A program made the position numbers and the translations under genes. The notes below the pieces were generated by a model, which was not told the origin of the DNA, did no database searches, and saw only the letters and a list, made by a program, of their open reading frames with translations. A stretch of DNA of 64,000 nt from Lepidodermella squamata (taxonomy: Eukaryota > Animalia > Gastrotricha). Of the stretch, positions 37,373 to 49,948 are shown one piece after another (position 1 is the stretch's first letter; each line of letters starts with the position of its first letter). The stretch spans positions 1,426,001-1,490,000 of the forward strand of contig JBLDXI010000021.1 in NCBI GenBank assembly GCA_047495785.1, written 5' to 3'.

Positions 37373-40300
37373 TCATTGATTAAGAGTACCTCGTCTCACG
37401 CCGTTTCGCCTGACGTTTTCCTCGTACGTATGTCTCGATGACAGAAAAAGTACTGAATGATTGCTCTTATTCGAAGTCTGAACGACAGATTGCTTGCTGG
37501 GCTTGGAAGTTTTTCTCAGGCTTCTCCTCGTTTCAGGAACAACAGTTGGCACTGGTTCAATCGGATCACTTCGATTCAAGTTAACATAAGCAACATGTTC
37601 CGATTGGTCAGCTCTCGATTCGACGCGCTTTGCATTTGCACTGACGCTCCTCTGTTTTTGTTTTGTTTGCCTTTTCGTGTCGTCTAGGAAACGCTCCAAA
37701 ACTTTCACCCTCCACGTATCACTTTGCTGGAATTTTCGTATTCGGGCAGCATTGTTAGCTTCATCGTTCTCGATTACAGCCGATGTACTTGAATGCCGCC
37801 GAACACTACGCCTAGATCGTCGAGGAGAAGACGTGAATACAATTGTGGCTGTTTTAGTCTTGTCAGCTGGAAGAGGCTCGTAACTCGCCTCATCTTCGTA
37901 AAATACAGCGGATTCTTCCTCGGGAGACGGCTGCTTTGATGAGGGCATAGGCACAGCATTCTTATTCTCGCCAAACGCATCGATTCGAGGCTCCTCTTCG
38001 TCGGCAGTTTTTTTCTGTGGACACAAACCATTTTCGGCTGGTCCGAACTGGCAGAGAGCGACGGGTAGAATAATGCTCATGAACACAAAAGCAACCAAGA
38101 CGGAAATCAAGAAAACTTTGAAAAATGCTTGCAATACGTATACATGAGTCGTCCCAAGAACCACAATCGATAGCAATGTTCCTATGACAGCAGGTACCGT
38201 CTCGTATAGGACGTAAGCTATTAGTCGACGAGCCTTGGCATAACGAATCTTCTCCCAAGTATCGAGAGTTGCTGCGTCCTCAATAGGTTCGATGACCGTG
38301 AATGTATAGATTGAATGACACAAGTAGTCAGAGGTTGCACCAATCGCCATAAGAACGTAAATTAGGCTGACAGGATCAAGTCCTACATCCCACATGACCA
38401 TGCCAGCAACAGTTCCAGTTACGACGCACACCGAGGATAACGCAAGCCAAAAAATGCAGATAGGATGCGGAATCATCAGGAAGGCCACAAAAACAGTTGA
38501 TCCAAGGGTGATCAGAGCAAAATACACCAACTGTTTCGGAAGATTTCCGAGTTGGTCGAAAATGCGTAGCGTTTGCTCCCAGTCAGTGAAATAAATCCGA
38601 AAATCTTCCCCGTGTTCATAGGTTACTTGCACATTTTTAATGTGTTGCACAAGTGAAGCTCCTCTTTCTAAAGTAGGCAAGTTCCTTGTTTGAAAGGTGG
38701 CGAAAAAGACAAGGCGTTCCGCGTCGTCATCGTCGTAGACAAGTGCTGGTTTGAACGCAATCGAAGGCTCTTTCTGGGCAATCGCTCTTATAGCAGCATT
38801 CAGAGTAAGTTTTTCCGCATTATCGATCCGGATGTCGCGAATCGGAACGTGATTGAGGCGCTTGTCCCAAATAAAAGAATTTGACTGCTCAAGTCTTTCA
38901 ACGATTTCAACGACGTGTTGACGAATTTTGGTGAAATTTCGCCCAAAAGGTTCTGTCGTAAAATTTAAAACAATTTCCAACTGTTGGGAATTGACGTAGT
39001 CGCGGAAATATCGCCAGCTGTAGACGCTGTAGTCATAGGTATTTGAAAGTTGGTTCGCAAGCTGCTCCTGGCGGAATCCAATCCTAATTCGAGTCCATGT
39101 GACAGCAACTGCCCCAGTTAGGAAAGCTATCAGGCAGGAGACAATGATCAATCTCGTTATTGGATGTAAAATGAAAGGTGCCACGTATTTGTAGACGAAT
39201 CTCTCCGACATGGCCATTTGATGCGACAAGCTCTCGGTTTTTTTCGTCGAAGGTTTTGGATCAACCGGCAGTTTTGAAACAACAGGCAAATTAAGATAAA
39301 CTAGGTCTTTTTCTGTTTTGCCATCAGTTTGAATCGCTGGTTCAGGCTTAGGCTGCACGGCGTCCTCTTCCGTTCCGTGCAAACAACAAATGATGTTGCA
39401 AGTTTCTAGTTCGATTACATCTATGTTTGCAAAATTGAAAAGCTATATAAGACCTTCGGCGGAAAAACTAACCTGTTTGGTTTTTTCGTGTTACTGAGCG
39501 ACAACAACAGCACGAATGTCTCTCTTTGCGTTCTAGCGTATCGGTCATAACTAGTATCGACGTGAAAACAGTCATTTGAAGTAGGAAATCGAACGATAAG
39601 CACCACAGGGCGAAATTGGAATAAGTGTTGATAGCAGCAAATGGCGTATAGGTGCCGATAACAAAATCCAAAATTGTCATAAGCGCAGTTACAAAAATCG
39701 AAGTTCCGCCATCTTTTAGCGTTACCATCGCTCGTTGCTCTCTCGGCCAGTTTACATCCGTTCGATGCCAGTTGCTCAAAAGGATGAACATATCATCTAG
39801 CCCGATGCCTAGTGCCATTAAAGGAACTGCGATCAGGTAGGTGTAAAATCTTTCGCCGAACCAGAACATCATTCCGAAGCCGGCCGAACACGCAAAAGCT
39901 GTACATCCGATTCCCAACAACCCGAGCCAGGGCTTCGAATTCATGGCATCCGTGTGTAAAGCTCCGGTGATACACCATAACACAACGCATATGAAAGTCG
40001 CTGCAACTTTAGGCATTTCTTGAATGACTTCATCGTTAAATTCATCCTCGAGCTGTCGCCATGTCGTCCAGTATATGTCAAATTTCTTATATGCTTTCCG
40101 CAAAATGTTCAGCTTTCTCGTCAGCGCACGTTCCAACTTAACAGAGTGCATAGTTCCTGGTAAAATGTAGTAAAACATGACCGCCTTAGCGCTGACAACT
40201 TTAGCGTTATAAGCATTATTCGGGTCGTTTGTTTTAACCCCGCCGAAGAAGTTGGCAAACATAGCTGGCGATGTGATAAAACGAGGGTCAGCTGGGTAGG

Positions 40301-41073
40301 TTAGATCCTTGAAAAATTCCGCCAGGTCTCGACCTGTTTCCACAACAGATCCTGCCCTAACCAATTCAGACTATAGGAAAAATACTCGATAAAATTAGAA
40401 AAATTGGTTGAATTTGGGGTTATACCTTAACGCGTAAAAGGTCCCATGAATCACAGCAATACAGTCGATCTTGAGCCGGGGTGAAGTCATCTGCTGGGCA
40501 CGAGAGGGCTGACCTTAGTTGTTGGTTAAGGTCGATTAAATCGTCGAAGATTTCCTTATCGAAAATGTGGTCTCCCTTAGCAACTGCCATGACGTTTTGC
40601 CCGCGCCACGTTGAGCCGTACAGCTCTCGATTACAGTAGCCAGCTTGGCGCTTAGCACGATCGTGAGCTACCCTAATTTCGTCGATTTCCTCGCTCTCCG
40701 CCCGAATTCGCTGTTCCAAGTGAGCAATTCGCACAGATTCGTTAACCATCCAATTCCTGACGATTTTGTCATCACGGACGTAGCGATTGTCAACCTCGAG
40801 AAATTGATCGATCAAGTTGTTGGAATCTGTCGCGAGCTGAATTTTCATCAGGCCGACAGACGCTGCGAATCCAGCCGAAAGTCCGAATATTAAAAATGGC
40901 AGAGGCCATCGGCCGAGCACGAATCCATAAATTCCGAATAGCCAAGCGACTACATCTGGGACAAATCTGTAGCTGAGACTTGGGAAATCCGGTATGCCCC
41001 GCCACTGAGAAGCATCAGCAGGTCTCGAATCTGGTTCGTCGCTCTGGCTGTCCACGAATTTTACTGACGGCAT
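37373..41073 (-). CDS. Patched-domain-containing (PTCHD3/PTR-like) RND transporter with a sterol-sensing domain
   Basis: SKPWLGLLG, GIGLDDMFILL, GGTSIFVTALMT, WDVGLDPVS and IGATSDY; three large exons. Confidence 0.9.
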
Positions 41074-42304
41074 TTCACGAAATAATTGAAATAGCCATGT
41101 TTTTGCTGCTGATCAAAAGCGGATATTTTTGAAAGCGTAAACGTGTTCGATGGCGAGATACGACAAGTTCTTTCTCACATTCGTGACCTGTCGCCGGGAA
41201 TAATGGCTCAGCCATGTGTATTACTGCTGAAATAAGTCATGAGCGAAAATGAGAGAAAAACGGTTTTCGGAAAATAAATAATATTTTCAGCGCAAGTTTT
41301 TATTATTTTAGCCCACGTGGTTTAAATGATGATAACAAGCGCGGAGAAATATTGGTAAAGATGTTGAATTTGTTGCCGGAGCTCACGGCCATGGCTGCTG
41401 CAATAATGATAATAATATGCGTAGGTATCGCTCTATTGCCATATAAGTGTCTCGAGGCTGTAGATGTGCGTGTGTGCGCTTTGTTGTCGCATTCAACTTC
41501 GGCTTCGCAAAAATGTGCGCGCTTGAATTGTTTACGCGCATGCACGTTCTATACTTACCACGTCTCAGGTATATATTGTGCCAAGTTTTTACTAAATGAT
41601 AGCGACGAAGAATTTACAACTGTTGATGTATGCTGTGCTCTTGTAAAAGAGTATTGCAGGCGTAATAATATATTGACGCACGAGACAATTTACTCATTTT
41701 ATTCCGATGCAAATGCAATTATTAGTCTCGTCATCATGTTTTACCAGCACCGGTGATTAGCGGCATAGACTCTTCTCCAGTTGCAACATTTTGTCCCGAC
41801 GCTGCCGAAAAGTACCAAGTAAACGAATGAACTGGTGGTGCTCTAAGCTTTTAAGCATTAAATAAATACACGAACCTTTTGCACTCGGCTTTCCGTTCGC
41901 AAGTCCCAAGTTTTGGGCTAATATTAATCCAGTACACAGGTAAACGAGTTATCAGGCCATATCATCTTTTCATCTGTTGGGTATTTTTGCGAAAATTGTA
42001 GGCTTTTTATAGAAAAAACTTTTACAACATCATTTTGCCTCTTACCTAATAGAGATGGCAGGTGACACATATAGATATATTTATACCTAATATTCAATAT
42101 ATCTAATATCTAATGTCATGAAACCACTGATTTTCATCGAAGTATAAAATAAAGGTAAAGCTATAATGAATAAGGGACATATTTTTTTCTCGCGATAGCT
42201 TCACTAAGACAAGCTTTTCAGTTTTCAGTGAAGATCAAGTTACTAAAAGTTTTCACGAATCAGCAACGGGAACTTTCGGTTTCATCGCGCTGAACCCATC
42301 GTAA

Positions 42305-45300
42305 TTACTCGTCTGGATCGTTGCAATCGTGTCGCGGTCTGCCATCTGGACAGTCGCACATCATGACTGCGCATCGCTTCGCAACAGCGCAGTCGCAATT
42401 AGCTGATGATAAAAAATAAACATTATCATTTTTTAGTATTAAAATCGTTCAGATTTGCTTGCTTTGCAGGCAGTCGGGCCCCGTTTTCCATTTATCAAAG
42501 CATGAGCACGTGTTTGTCCCGGTACACCAGCCATTTGCGGAACAGATTTTTGAGCCGCATATTTCTAAAGCAGAAAATAGTAAGTCGAACGAGCATGCTT
42601 CACATGAAATTTTCGCAAGGCTGTCTCTAAATCATCGATACATTTTCTGGCAACTTACGATTCATGCATTTTGGTCCCGTCCATCCAGCAAAACACTGGC
42701 AAGTATTTCTACCAATGCAGTAGCCTCGGTTGCACGGAGGATAGCAGGTTCCTATAGCATATAAAATAGTATCCATGCAATAGCCGTGAATATGTAACAC
42801 ACCTATTCGATAGACCCTTGCATCAATTATATCAATTGTCTGAGAGTCACCCTCGGAATCAACAACGATACCCATGACAAGGGCGAGGGAATTAATGAAA
42901 TTAGGCAAAGCAACCCCGTCGATCAATCGCTCACAGACTGTTGTATTGCAGTGGTCGACGGAGACTTGCCCGCCATTGCGAACAACTAAGCCCAGGTGAA
43001 ATCGACCTTTGTAGTAGACATTGTTAGCATCAATCAACGTTAATTTAGGCGAGTTGGGCAGGGTGGTAGCAGTAGGCGATGAAGCAAAAAATAGTGTTTT
43101 GTTGCTACGTAAATAGCGGAATATGACACCGGCGAAAGTGCCGCCCGTGAACGCGCCTGTACCTCCATTTGTCGAGTAGGTGTATGAGCCGTTGGTCGTT
43201 ATAAAAAGCGACAGCTGCCCAGCGGTATCCATCCCGCTAGTTTCAGCGGTGATATTGATCGTGAAGTCGGTCAGGTTCCACAACTATGTAAGAAATGTTG
43301 ACTGAGAAATTAGGAAAAGTAACAAACATTACTTTCTTGTTGATCATACAACCATGCCTAGGGCCGCCATCAACCAGTAAGCGAATTGCGTTATTATTCG
43401 AGATATAAGTTTGCCTCAACCACCATTGAGAACCTGAGAAAAAACATCACCCGACAATTGACAAACTGATAAAATCAAGATGAACTGACTTATGGCGTCG
43501 TCATTACTATACGAATACTCGGGTAGATAAGACTCCGGATCACTTAGCGGCCTGCCGATAGCTGTAAAAAGGATATTGAAAAGTAGACTATTGACTTATT
43601 AGAGCATTATCATTACTCTGAGAGCAATAATCGCCTGTGAATCTTGCGAGGCAGGTGCAGTGCTGACCTGGGCCGGGGCATATTCCAGTTCTCGGCGAAC
43701 AATTTGGCTGGCAAACAGCTGTTCGATAGAAAAAAGATGCAGTTTCAAAAGGATCTTTGGTCGGAATTAGAACCCTTTAATCAATTCTTCTCGAGTCGAG
43801 TTTGGACCACTTTTTCGGGTCTAGTATACCAGTATGGCTGTCATACTCGCCGGGGCGAGTCGAGTACGCCCGGTTGATGAAACTCACCCATACTCGGTCG
43901 ATGAAACCCGGTAATACTCGATTTACAAGTTATTACACGGTCTTTTTTTCATTCCTTGCGCCGCAGTTAATTTTTCTGGGCTTCTCCATCATAACCGCAT
44001 GGCTTGGGAATCTAACAGTCTTTCGATTTTATTTGGTTTGATTTAGCACCCATTTTCACTTTATTTAAAATACTTCAAATAGTTTATTTAGGCGGGGCTC
44101 CATTTTTATTTGATTGATTTTGATTAATCCTAAAAAATGCACCCAGAAAACTCGAAATCACGGACACCGCAAAACTGAGGTATAGACGCCCCGAGTCGAG
44201 TACGACGCATGAATACGAAAGTGTGCACTCGATTGCATGTCTCTAGTCGGAATGAGGACATTACAAAATGCAAGTGTCATTCAGATTATTCAGGGGCTGC
44301 AAAAATCACCGGTGAGAATTAATGGCAGAATTAGTTTTATGGAAATCAACAGGTTTTTCAAGGTCTGGACCCTCTCTCTGGTGTTAGGAGGGGGATGTCT
44401 TGCGATGATTGGCACGAGGCACGAGTCACAAATAACGAAAGCAATTCTCCCACGCCAATGTAATTGCGTATTTCATGTTGATCAGTATTTCTGATTTGTG
44501 TTTCCCGAAAATTGCATCTTCTACTGTCAGATCTTACGCAAACTGCAGTCGGAGGACGTCCAGCCAGCAGGACATTGGCATATCGATGCAGCGCAGTAGC
44601 CTCGGACGCACTCGGGATAGCAGGTATCTAAGTCATGAACGACATAAAGTATCCATTCAATAGCCCAGAATATTAAACACACCTAGTCGATAGACTCTTA
44701 CATCAATTATGTCTACAGTCTGGGCATCACCCCCGGTATCAATAGTGACACCCATCACAATGGGCAGCGCGCTGGCAGTTGTCACTGGAAAGAAATTGGG
44801 CATAGCGACCCCGTCGATCAATCGCTCACAGACTGTTGTATTGCAGTGATCGACGGAGACTAGCCCACCGCTGCGAACAACTAAGCCCACGTGAAATCGT
44901 CCATTGTAGTAGACATTATTAGCATCAATCACCGATAATTTAGGGGCAGTGGCGAGGGTGATAGTAGTAGGCGAAGCTACAAACTCGACTGTTTTGCTGC
45001 TTTGGCTATAACCGAGCAAGGCACCGATGAAAGAGCCGGATAATGATGTCGGCCCAGTGGAGTTACTTGGAGAATATGTGTAAGTTTTGTTAGACGCCAT
45101 AACAAGCCACAGTTGACCAGCGGTATCCATCCCGCTAGTTTCAGCGGTGATATTGATCGAGAAGTCTGTCATGTTCCACGCCTATGTAAGAAATGTAAAC
45201 TGGGCAATCTGAGAGAAACAAAATGTGTACTTTCTTGGTCATCATCCAACCAAATCTCGGGTTAGCGCCATTTAACAGTCGGATTGCGTTATTATTTGAG

Positions 45301-47123
45301 CTAACATTCAACTTCAACAGCCATTGAGAACCTGAGAAAAACCAAAAGAATTCGAGCTGACAAAATGAAAGTGAAAATGAACTGACTTATAGCGTCGTCA
45401 TTGCTATACGAATAGTCGGGTAGATACGACGCCGGATCACTTAGTGGCCTGCCGATAACTGAAAAACCTTATTTAAAAGAAATCCAATGATTTATCAGGC
45501 ATTAGCAATACTCTGAGAGCAATCATCGCCTGTGAATCTTGCGAGGCAGGTGCAGCGCTGACCAGGCTCGGAGCATACTCCCGTTCTCGGCGAACAATTT
45601 GGCTGGCAAACGGCTGTTCGAGAGACAAATGATACATTTTTGTTAGGATTGCCGTTGACGACATCATGAGGAATGCTTTTGATATAAAAAAAACGGGCGA
45701 AAGGTTTGGGCAAAGGTTTGGTACCAAATTATTCCAATCAGTTTTAAATCTCAAATTTCAAGACCCCGCCTTCAACCCTAACCCTAACCAGTTGAATAAC
45801 GAATAAAGTGGTTAGGTATTGAATTAAATAAATTTTGGTACTGGCGGGAGATTTTCCCTCTTGATGCTGCTACCAAAATCAATGAATAATTGCTTGAGGA
45901 TTCCATGTATATTAAAACGAAGCTCTTAGTCCTCAGGGTTGCAGAGAAACAGTACTTCGATGTTTCTGTGAAACCATGAATCGAAAATTTTCAATTTTCA
46001 CAAGTGCGCCCGAAAAAATAGTCTGTTTATAATTCGCCACCCTATGCTCATTTTAATCTCTAAACCTAACGCATTCATTTGATTCTTCACATGATATTTC
46101 TCGACAGTAACTGTAACAATAAAATCTTACGCAAGCTGCAGTCGGAGGCCGTCCAGCCAACAGAGCACTGACAAGTTGAACCCACACAGGCTCCGCCGTT
46201 CAGGCACGAAGGACTGCAAGCTGCGTAAAATTGTGCAAAATATGAGTCTAATGTGACGTTGAGAAGAAGCTTTGAACTTCGCTGTTATGAAAAATGCCAT
46301 ATTTTGAATATTCTGAATAAATTATGGCGTTATGAAAGAATGGCGATTCTTAATTTTTACTGTATAGGGAATATTATTTTGAATTTACCTTAGTTATTTT
46401 GAATTAAGCTTACAGTGAAATTTATTTGATTTTTTAAATCATGAAACGTTTAAATCAATCATTGAAATCCGATTTAATCAAATTATCAGACTAATAACCA
46501 AAAAAGGTTCTATGCCAATTGAGCAAACGACAACTGAGCAACGAAAATAGAGCAAAATGACTTTTGAGCAAAACGACACTAGAGCCAATTTTATTTATTT
46601 AAATAACAGCTGCAATTAATTATTAAATTTGTTCTCGTGTCGTTTTGCTCTAATCTCGTTTGCTCTAATATCGTTGCTCAAAAGCCCTTGCTCTATTTTC
46701 GTTGCTCAGTTGTCGTTTGCTCAATTGGCATAGAACCATAAAAAAATGAAATAAAATGTTCGCATCAAGAATTGTGAGTACCAGGCTATAATTTCGGGGT
46801 TTTTCGCCTATTTTGAAGTTGATTTTTGTCAGCCATCTAGGCACAGACTTGGCAATCGCTGCAGAAAAGATTCATGTTCCGTAGAAGGGGGAATCCCGAT
46901 AGTTTCGGATACTCTAAATCAACTGCAAATCAACGAGGCTAAATCATTTGCAATCACAAGTCGCTGACAGTGAAGCTTTTAGTGAGTCTGAGACCACTAT
47001 AGTGCGGCATCCTATCTACGTCACTGCATGAAGACATTTTAGAATTACAAAATACTCACATTGCGCTGAGCTTCGTCCCGTGAAAGCTAATGCGAAGAAA
47101 ACACCTAATAGTGTTCTCTCCAT
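42305..47123 (-). CDS. Secreted protein: SP-[EGF-EGF-L-type lectin-like]x2-EGF-EGF-Cys-rich tail
   Basis: ATG 47123 (MERTLLGVFFALAFTGRSSAQ). Phase-1 EGF exons at ~46130-46220, 45512-45612, 44537-44626, 43618-43718, 42659-42750 and 42463-42564. Two ~220-aa beta-rich domains (NAIRL...W....DFSINI...PKLS.ID...MGV..DTG...VDIIDVRVYRL) resemble the VIP36/ERGIC-53 domain. TAA at 42305. Confidence 0.78.
42660..45620 (-). repeat. Intragenic tandem duplication (copy B ~42660-43725, copy A ~44540-45620)
   Basis: Long identical blocks, e.g. CCCCGTCGATCAATCGCTCACAGACTGTTGTATTGCAGT and CAGCGGTATCCATCCCGCTAGTTTCAGCGGTGATATTGATC. Intron positions and intron edges are shared. Confidence 0.92.
43790..44245. 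repeat. Degenerate intronic repeat or transposon remnant rich in TCGAGT/ACTCG motifs
   Basis: Recurrent CGAGTCGAGT and TACTCG motifs ending in ...GCATGTCTCTA. No matching left terminus was found. Confidence 0.35.
45721..45841. mobile_element. Small MITE-like element carrying a telomere-like CCCTAA tract
   Basis: Imperfect TIRs GTACCAAATT.../...AATTTTGGTAC; internal AACCCTAACCCTAACC at ~45775-45789. Confidence 0.45.
46506..46737. mobile_element. Foldback/MITE with perfect 50-bp terminal inverted repeats built from ~15-bp GAGCAA(A)CGA subrepeats
   Basis: 46506-46555 is the exact reverse complement of 46688-46737. Flanks are A-rich (ACCAAAAAA / ATAAAAAAA). Confidence 0.85.
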
Positions 47124-48884
47124 TTTTGCGAACAGTTTAATTGTACACGTTCTCACGGATTGAAAACATCTTGACAGCAAGATTTGCAAATTTAACAAAA
47201 CCTTTATAATGAAACAAATAAGAAACGCTGACAGAAGATCGCAGTGATGCTCGAAAGGAATGCTTGTTCTATATAATTTGCATAGTTTTATCGGAAGTTT
47301 CTAGTTAAAAGTCGCCTGTCAATAACCCAACAAGTTTTGTTGCCAAGCAATTGCTTCTGCGAATCACACCTCCGAATCGTTAACAGAACCTCCTCTGTAG
47401 GACGATTATTTTTCAAACCGTCTGATGCTCGCCAGAAATGTTGACCCTCATTTTTTGACAGAATCTTGATGTTCAGCGGCTTCGAAAACTGCTAGAAGTC
47501 GATCTCCCGAGATTTCAAACCCCTTATTCACCTTTTCGCACAATTTTGAAAGAAATTCACTACATAACGTCCCCGCTTTGAGCTGACCCCCTTAATCGAT
47601 TTCTTTCAATATTGAGTATTTTCTCCGTTTTTTTGCATCCGCATATCTGCTCAAGGAGCACTCTCGGCGTACCATCCCACCTGGTTGGATTCGATTTGAC
47701 CTCGTTTCAGACAAACCTGTTTTACCCTCAAAACGGAGTTGGAGGAGAAAACCCGCCAGACGGTTCTCAACTCGCCCAGTAATTAAAGCACAAACAAAGT
47801 AAGTAATTGAGGGGCATTGTCACCCTAATTAGGGGAATTAGGTGAGCAATCTCGTCTATCATGAACATCGCATGATATGAATCGGAAAACGCTAATTTGG
47901 GCTACCCGAATTTTTAAAATTAACCATAGAACATAGCTTTGGGAAACTTGGTGGCAGGTTGTCCAATTCTTCTAACTTAACTTGATTGACAGTTTTACCT
48001 TTGCGTTCCTAATGCCTATGCTGCTAAACTCCGGGAGTTGAATTAGTAAAACTAGTCCAAAGTTGTTCAAGCTCGGGTGTTTGCCGTGATTCGAAGAGTA
48101 GCGAATACGGTTGAGAGAAACCATTGATTATTCTCACATGTTGCTCTATCGAGCGTTGTATGTATATTGAAATTTCCCACGAATTCTTGCAAGTTTTCCA
48201 GCTCCGTCAAACTTCCCGTCAAAAGTTGGATAAAGTTATATAAAATCACCTGTCGCTTCGATGTGCCTGTGCATCGATATAATTCGAATAAGCTGGCATT
48301 CTCCTTCATACCGATTATATCTAACATCTTTCTTATACCAATATTTTTCGATTTTTATTCTCATCCGTTAACGACAGTAAAAGTGAAAAGAAAACCAAAT
48401 GGTAATAATCAATTAAAATTCGTCAGAACTTATTATTTTTGATTTACCGAAACGCAAGCGAATGTGCGAAAATGAAATTAAAGCAAACTTTTATGCTATT
48501 ATACTTTTGTATTCTTGCTTTCATGGCTTGGAAACTTGGTTGATTCGAAGGCGGAGATCGGCAGGGAGTGAATAGGGATTTGAGAGTTAGCTTATACGCT
48601 TAGTTCCAGCGAAACAAGGTGCTAGAAATAAAAGAATTACTTGTTGCGAATAAGTAGTGAGATGATTGATGAGAGATGAATAAATACTAATACTCGGCTA
48701 CGTAGCAGCGACTAGAAAAACACGAGATTGAACCGAATAACATCATCGTTTGAATATAACACGCGCTTCCGGTTTCAAGTATAAAAACAATCAGCTATAA
48801 TTTCTTCCAATAATAACAATAATAGATCTGTATCCGCCGTTACATGAGGTTGCTCTTGAACTCTATATATCGAAAATCAGGTCA

Positions 48885-49948
48885 TCAAACTGCGCCAACA
48901 CTGTGCGACAACCTAGCCGCCTGGCGAAGCCGACTCGGTTCACTATCATCATCAGTATCGTCTTGCTCTTCGTTGTCCGTGTTTTCCACAGGATCACTTG
49001 CTATAACTTGCTCGTCGAGATCATTCGTCGCCTGAGTATCGTCGTCGCCAATCGATCTATTGTACGTTTCAGCGATCATCAATAAAGCATCATCGCCATC
49101 TAACACCTCCGATGTCGTTGTCGTAGGCTCTGGCGTGGTCGTTGTTGTAGTTGTCGTGGTCGTCGCCTCTGTAGTCGTCGTCGTCGTCGATGTTGTAGTT
49201 GTCGCTTTCGATTTAAGCGACTTCCCCTTCGACTTGCCGTTCTTTCTACCCTTCGAACTCGTTTTCAGCTTCCGAGCAGTTGCAGTCGGTTTGGCCGATG
49301 TAGTAACCGTGGTTTGACGTGTAGGCAGCGGTGGTAAATCCCTTAGTACACCGACCAGTAATGCAGCAAACTCTTCCAAGTCTTTCGTGATTTTATCCGC
49401 TGGTTTCAAACCGTCGGGATGTTCTTGCGCTATTTTGATATTTAGCATTTCGGCTCCAGGTTTTTCAGCACTAAAAGAAGAAGAAAAAATATGAAGATTG
49501 AAACTGTTAAAAAGTTGAGGAAAAAAATTAAATCGATAAAATTCATTAATAATTTAAAATTCTAGAGCTATCGATTTTTGTCACGTAGCTTGAATTTTTT
49601 GAAAAAGTGATGAACAAACTTGTCGTGGTCTCTCCTCGCAAAATCCGGTCGCCTCTTGCATTCTTCGATGCGAGCCAACTCGCCTGGGGCAGGAATGTAA
49701 GTTCCATCAGCTAACAGCAAGGTCCTGCACTGGTGGTCGGCCAAGAAAGCGGTTTCTTCCAAACTGGGCAGATGCGGCTCGGTCTCCGGTTCTTGAAAGT
49801 CATCATCGACCATGATTTGCTCGTCGATGATTTTGCCATTCTCCGTGTCGAATTGCGCCTCGACGCGCCCATCTGCATTCTCGTTTATCGGAGCAGCGCC
49901 GGCTATCACAACTAGCAGACAGAGCGATAGAGTGGCGAGCAGTCTCAT
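48885..49948 (-). CDS. Secreted protein with Lys-rich, poly-Thr (mucin-like) and acidic segments
   Basis: Signal peptide MRLLATLSLCLLVVIAGA. A probable phase-2 intron (~49471-49619) joins ORFs 49568-49948 and 48885-49448. Confidence 0.7.
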
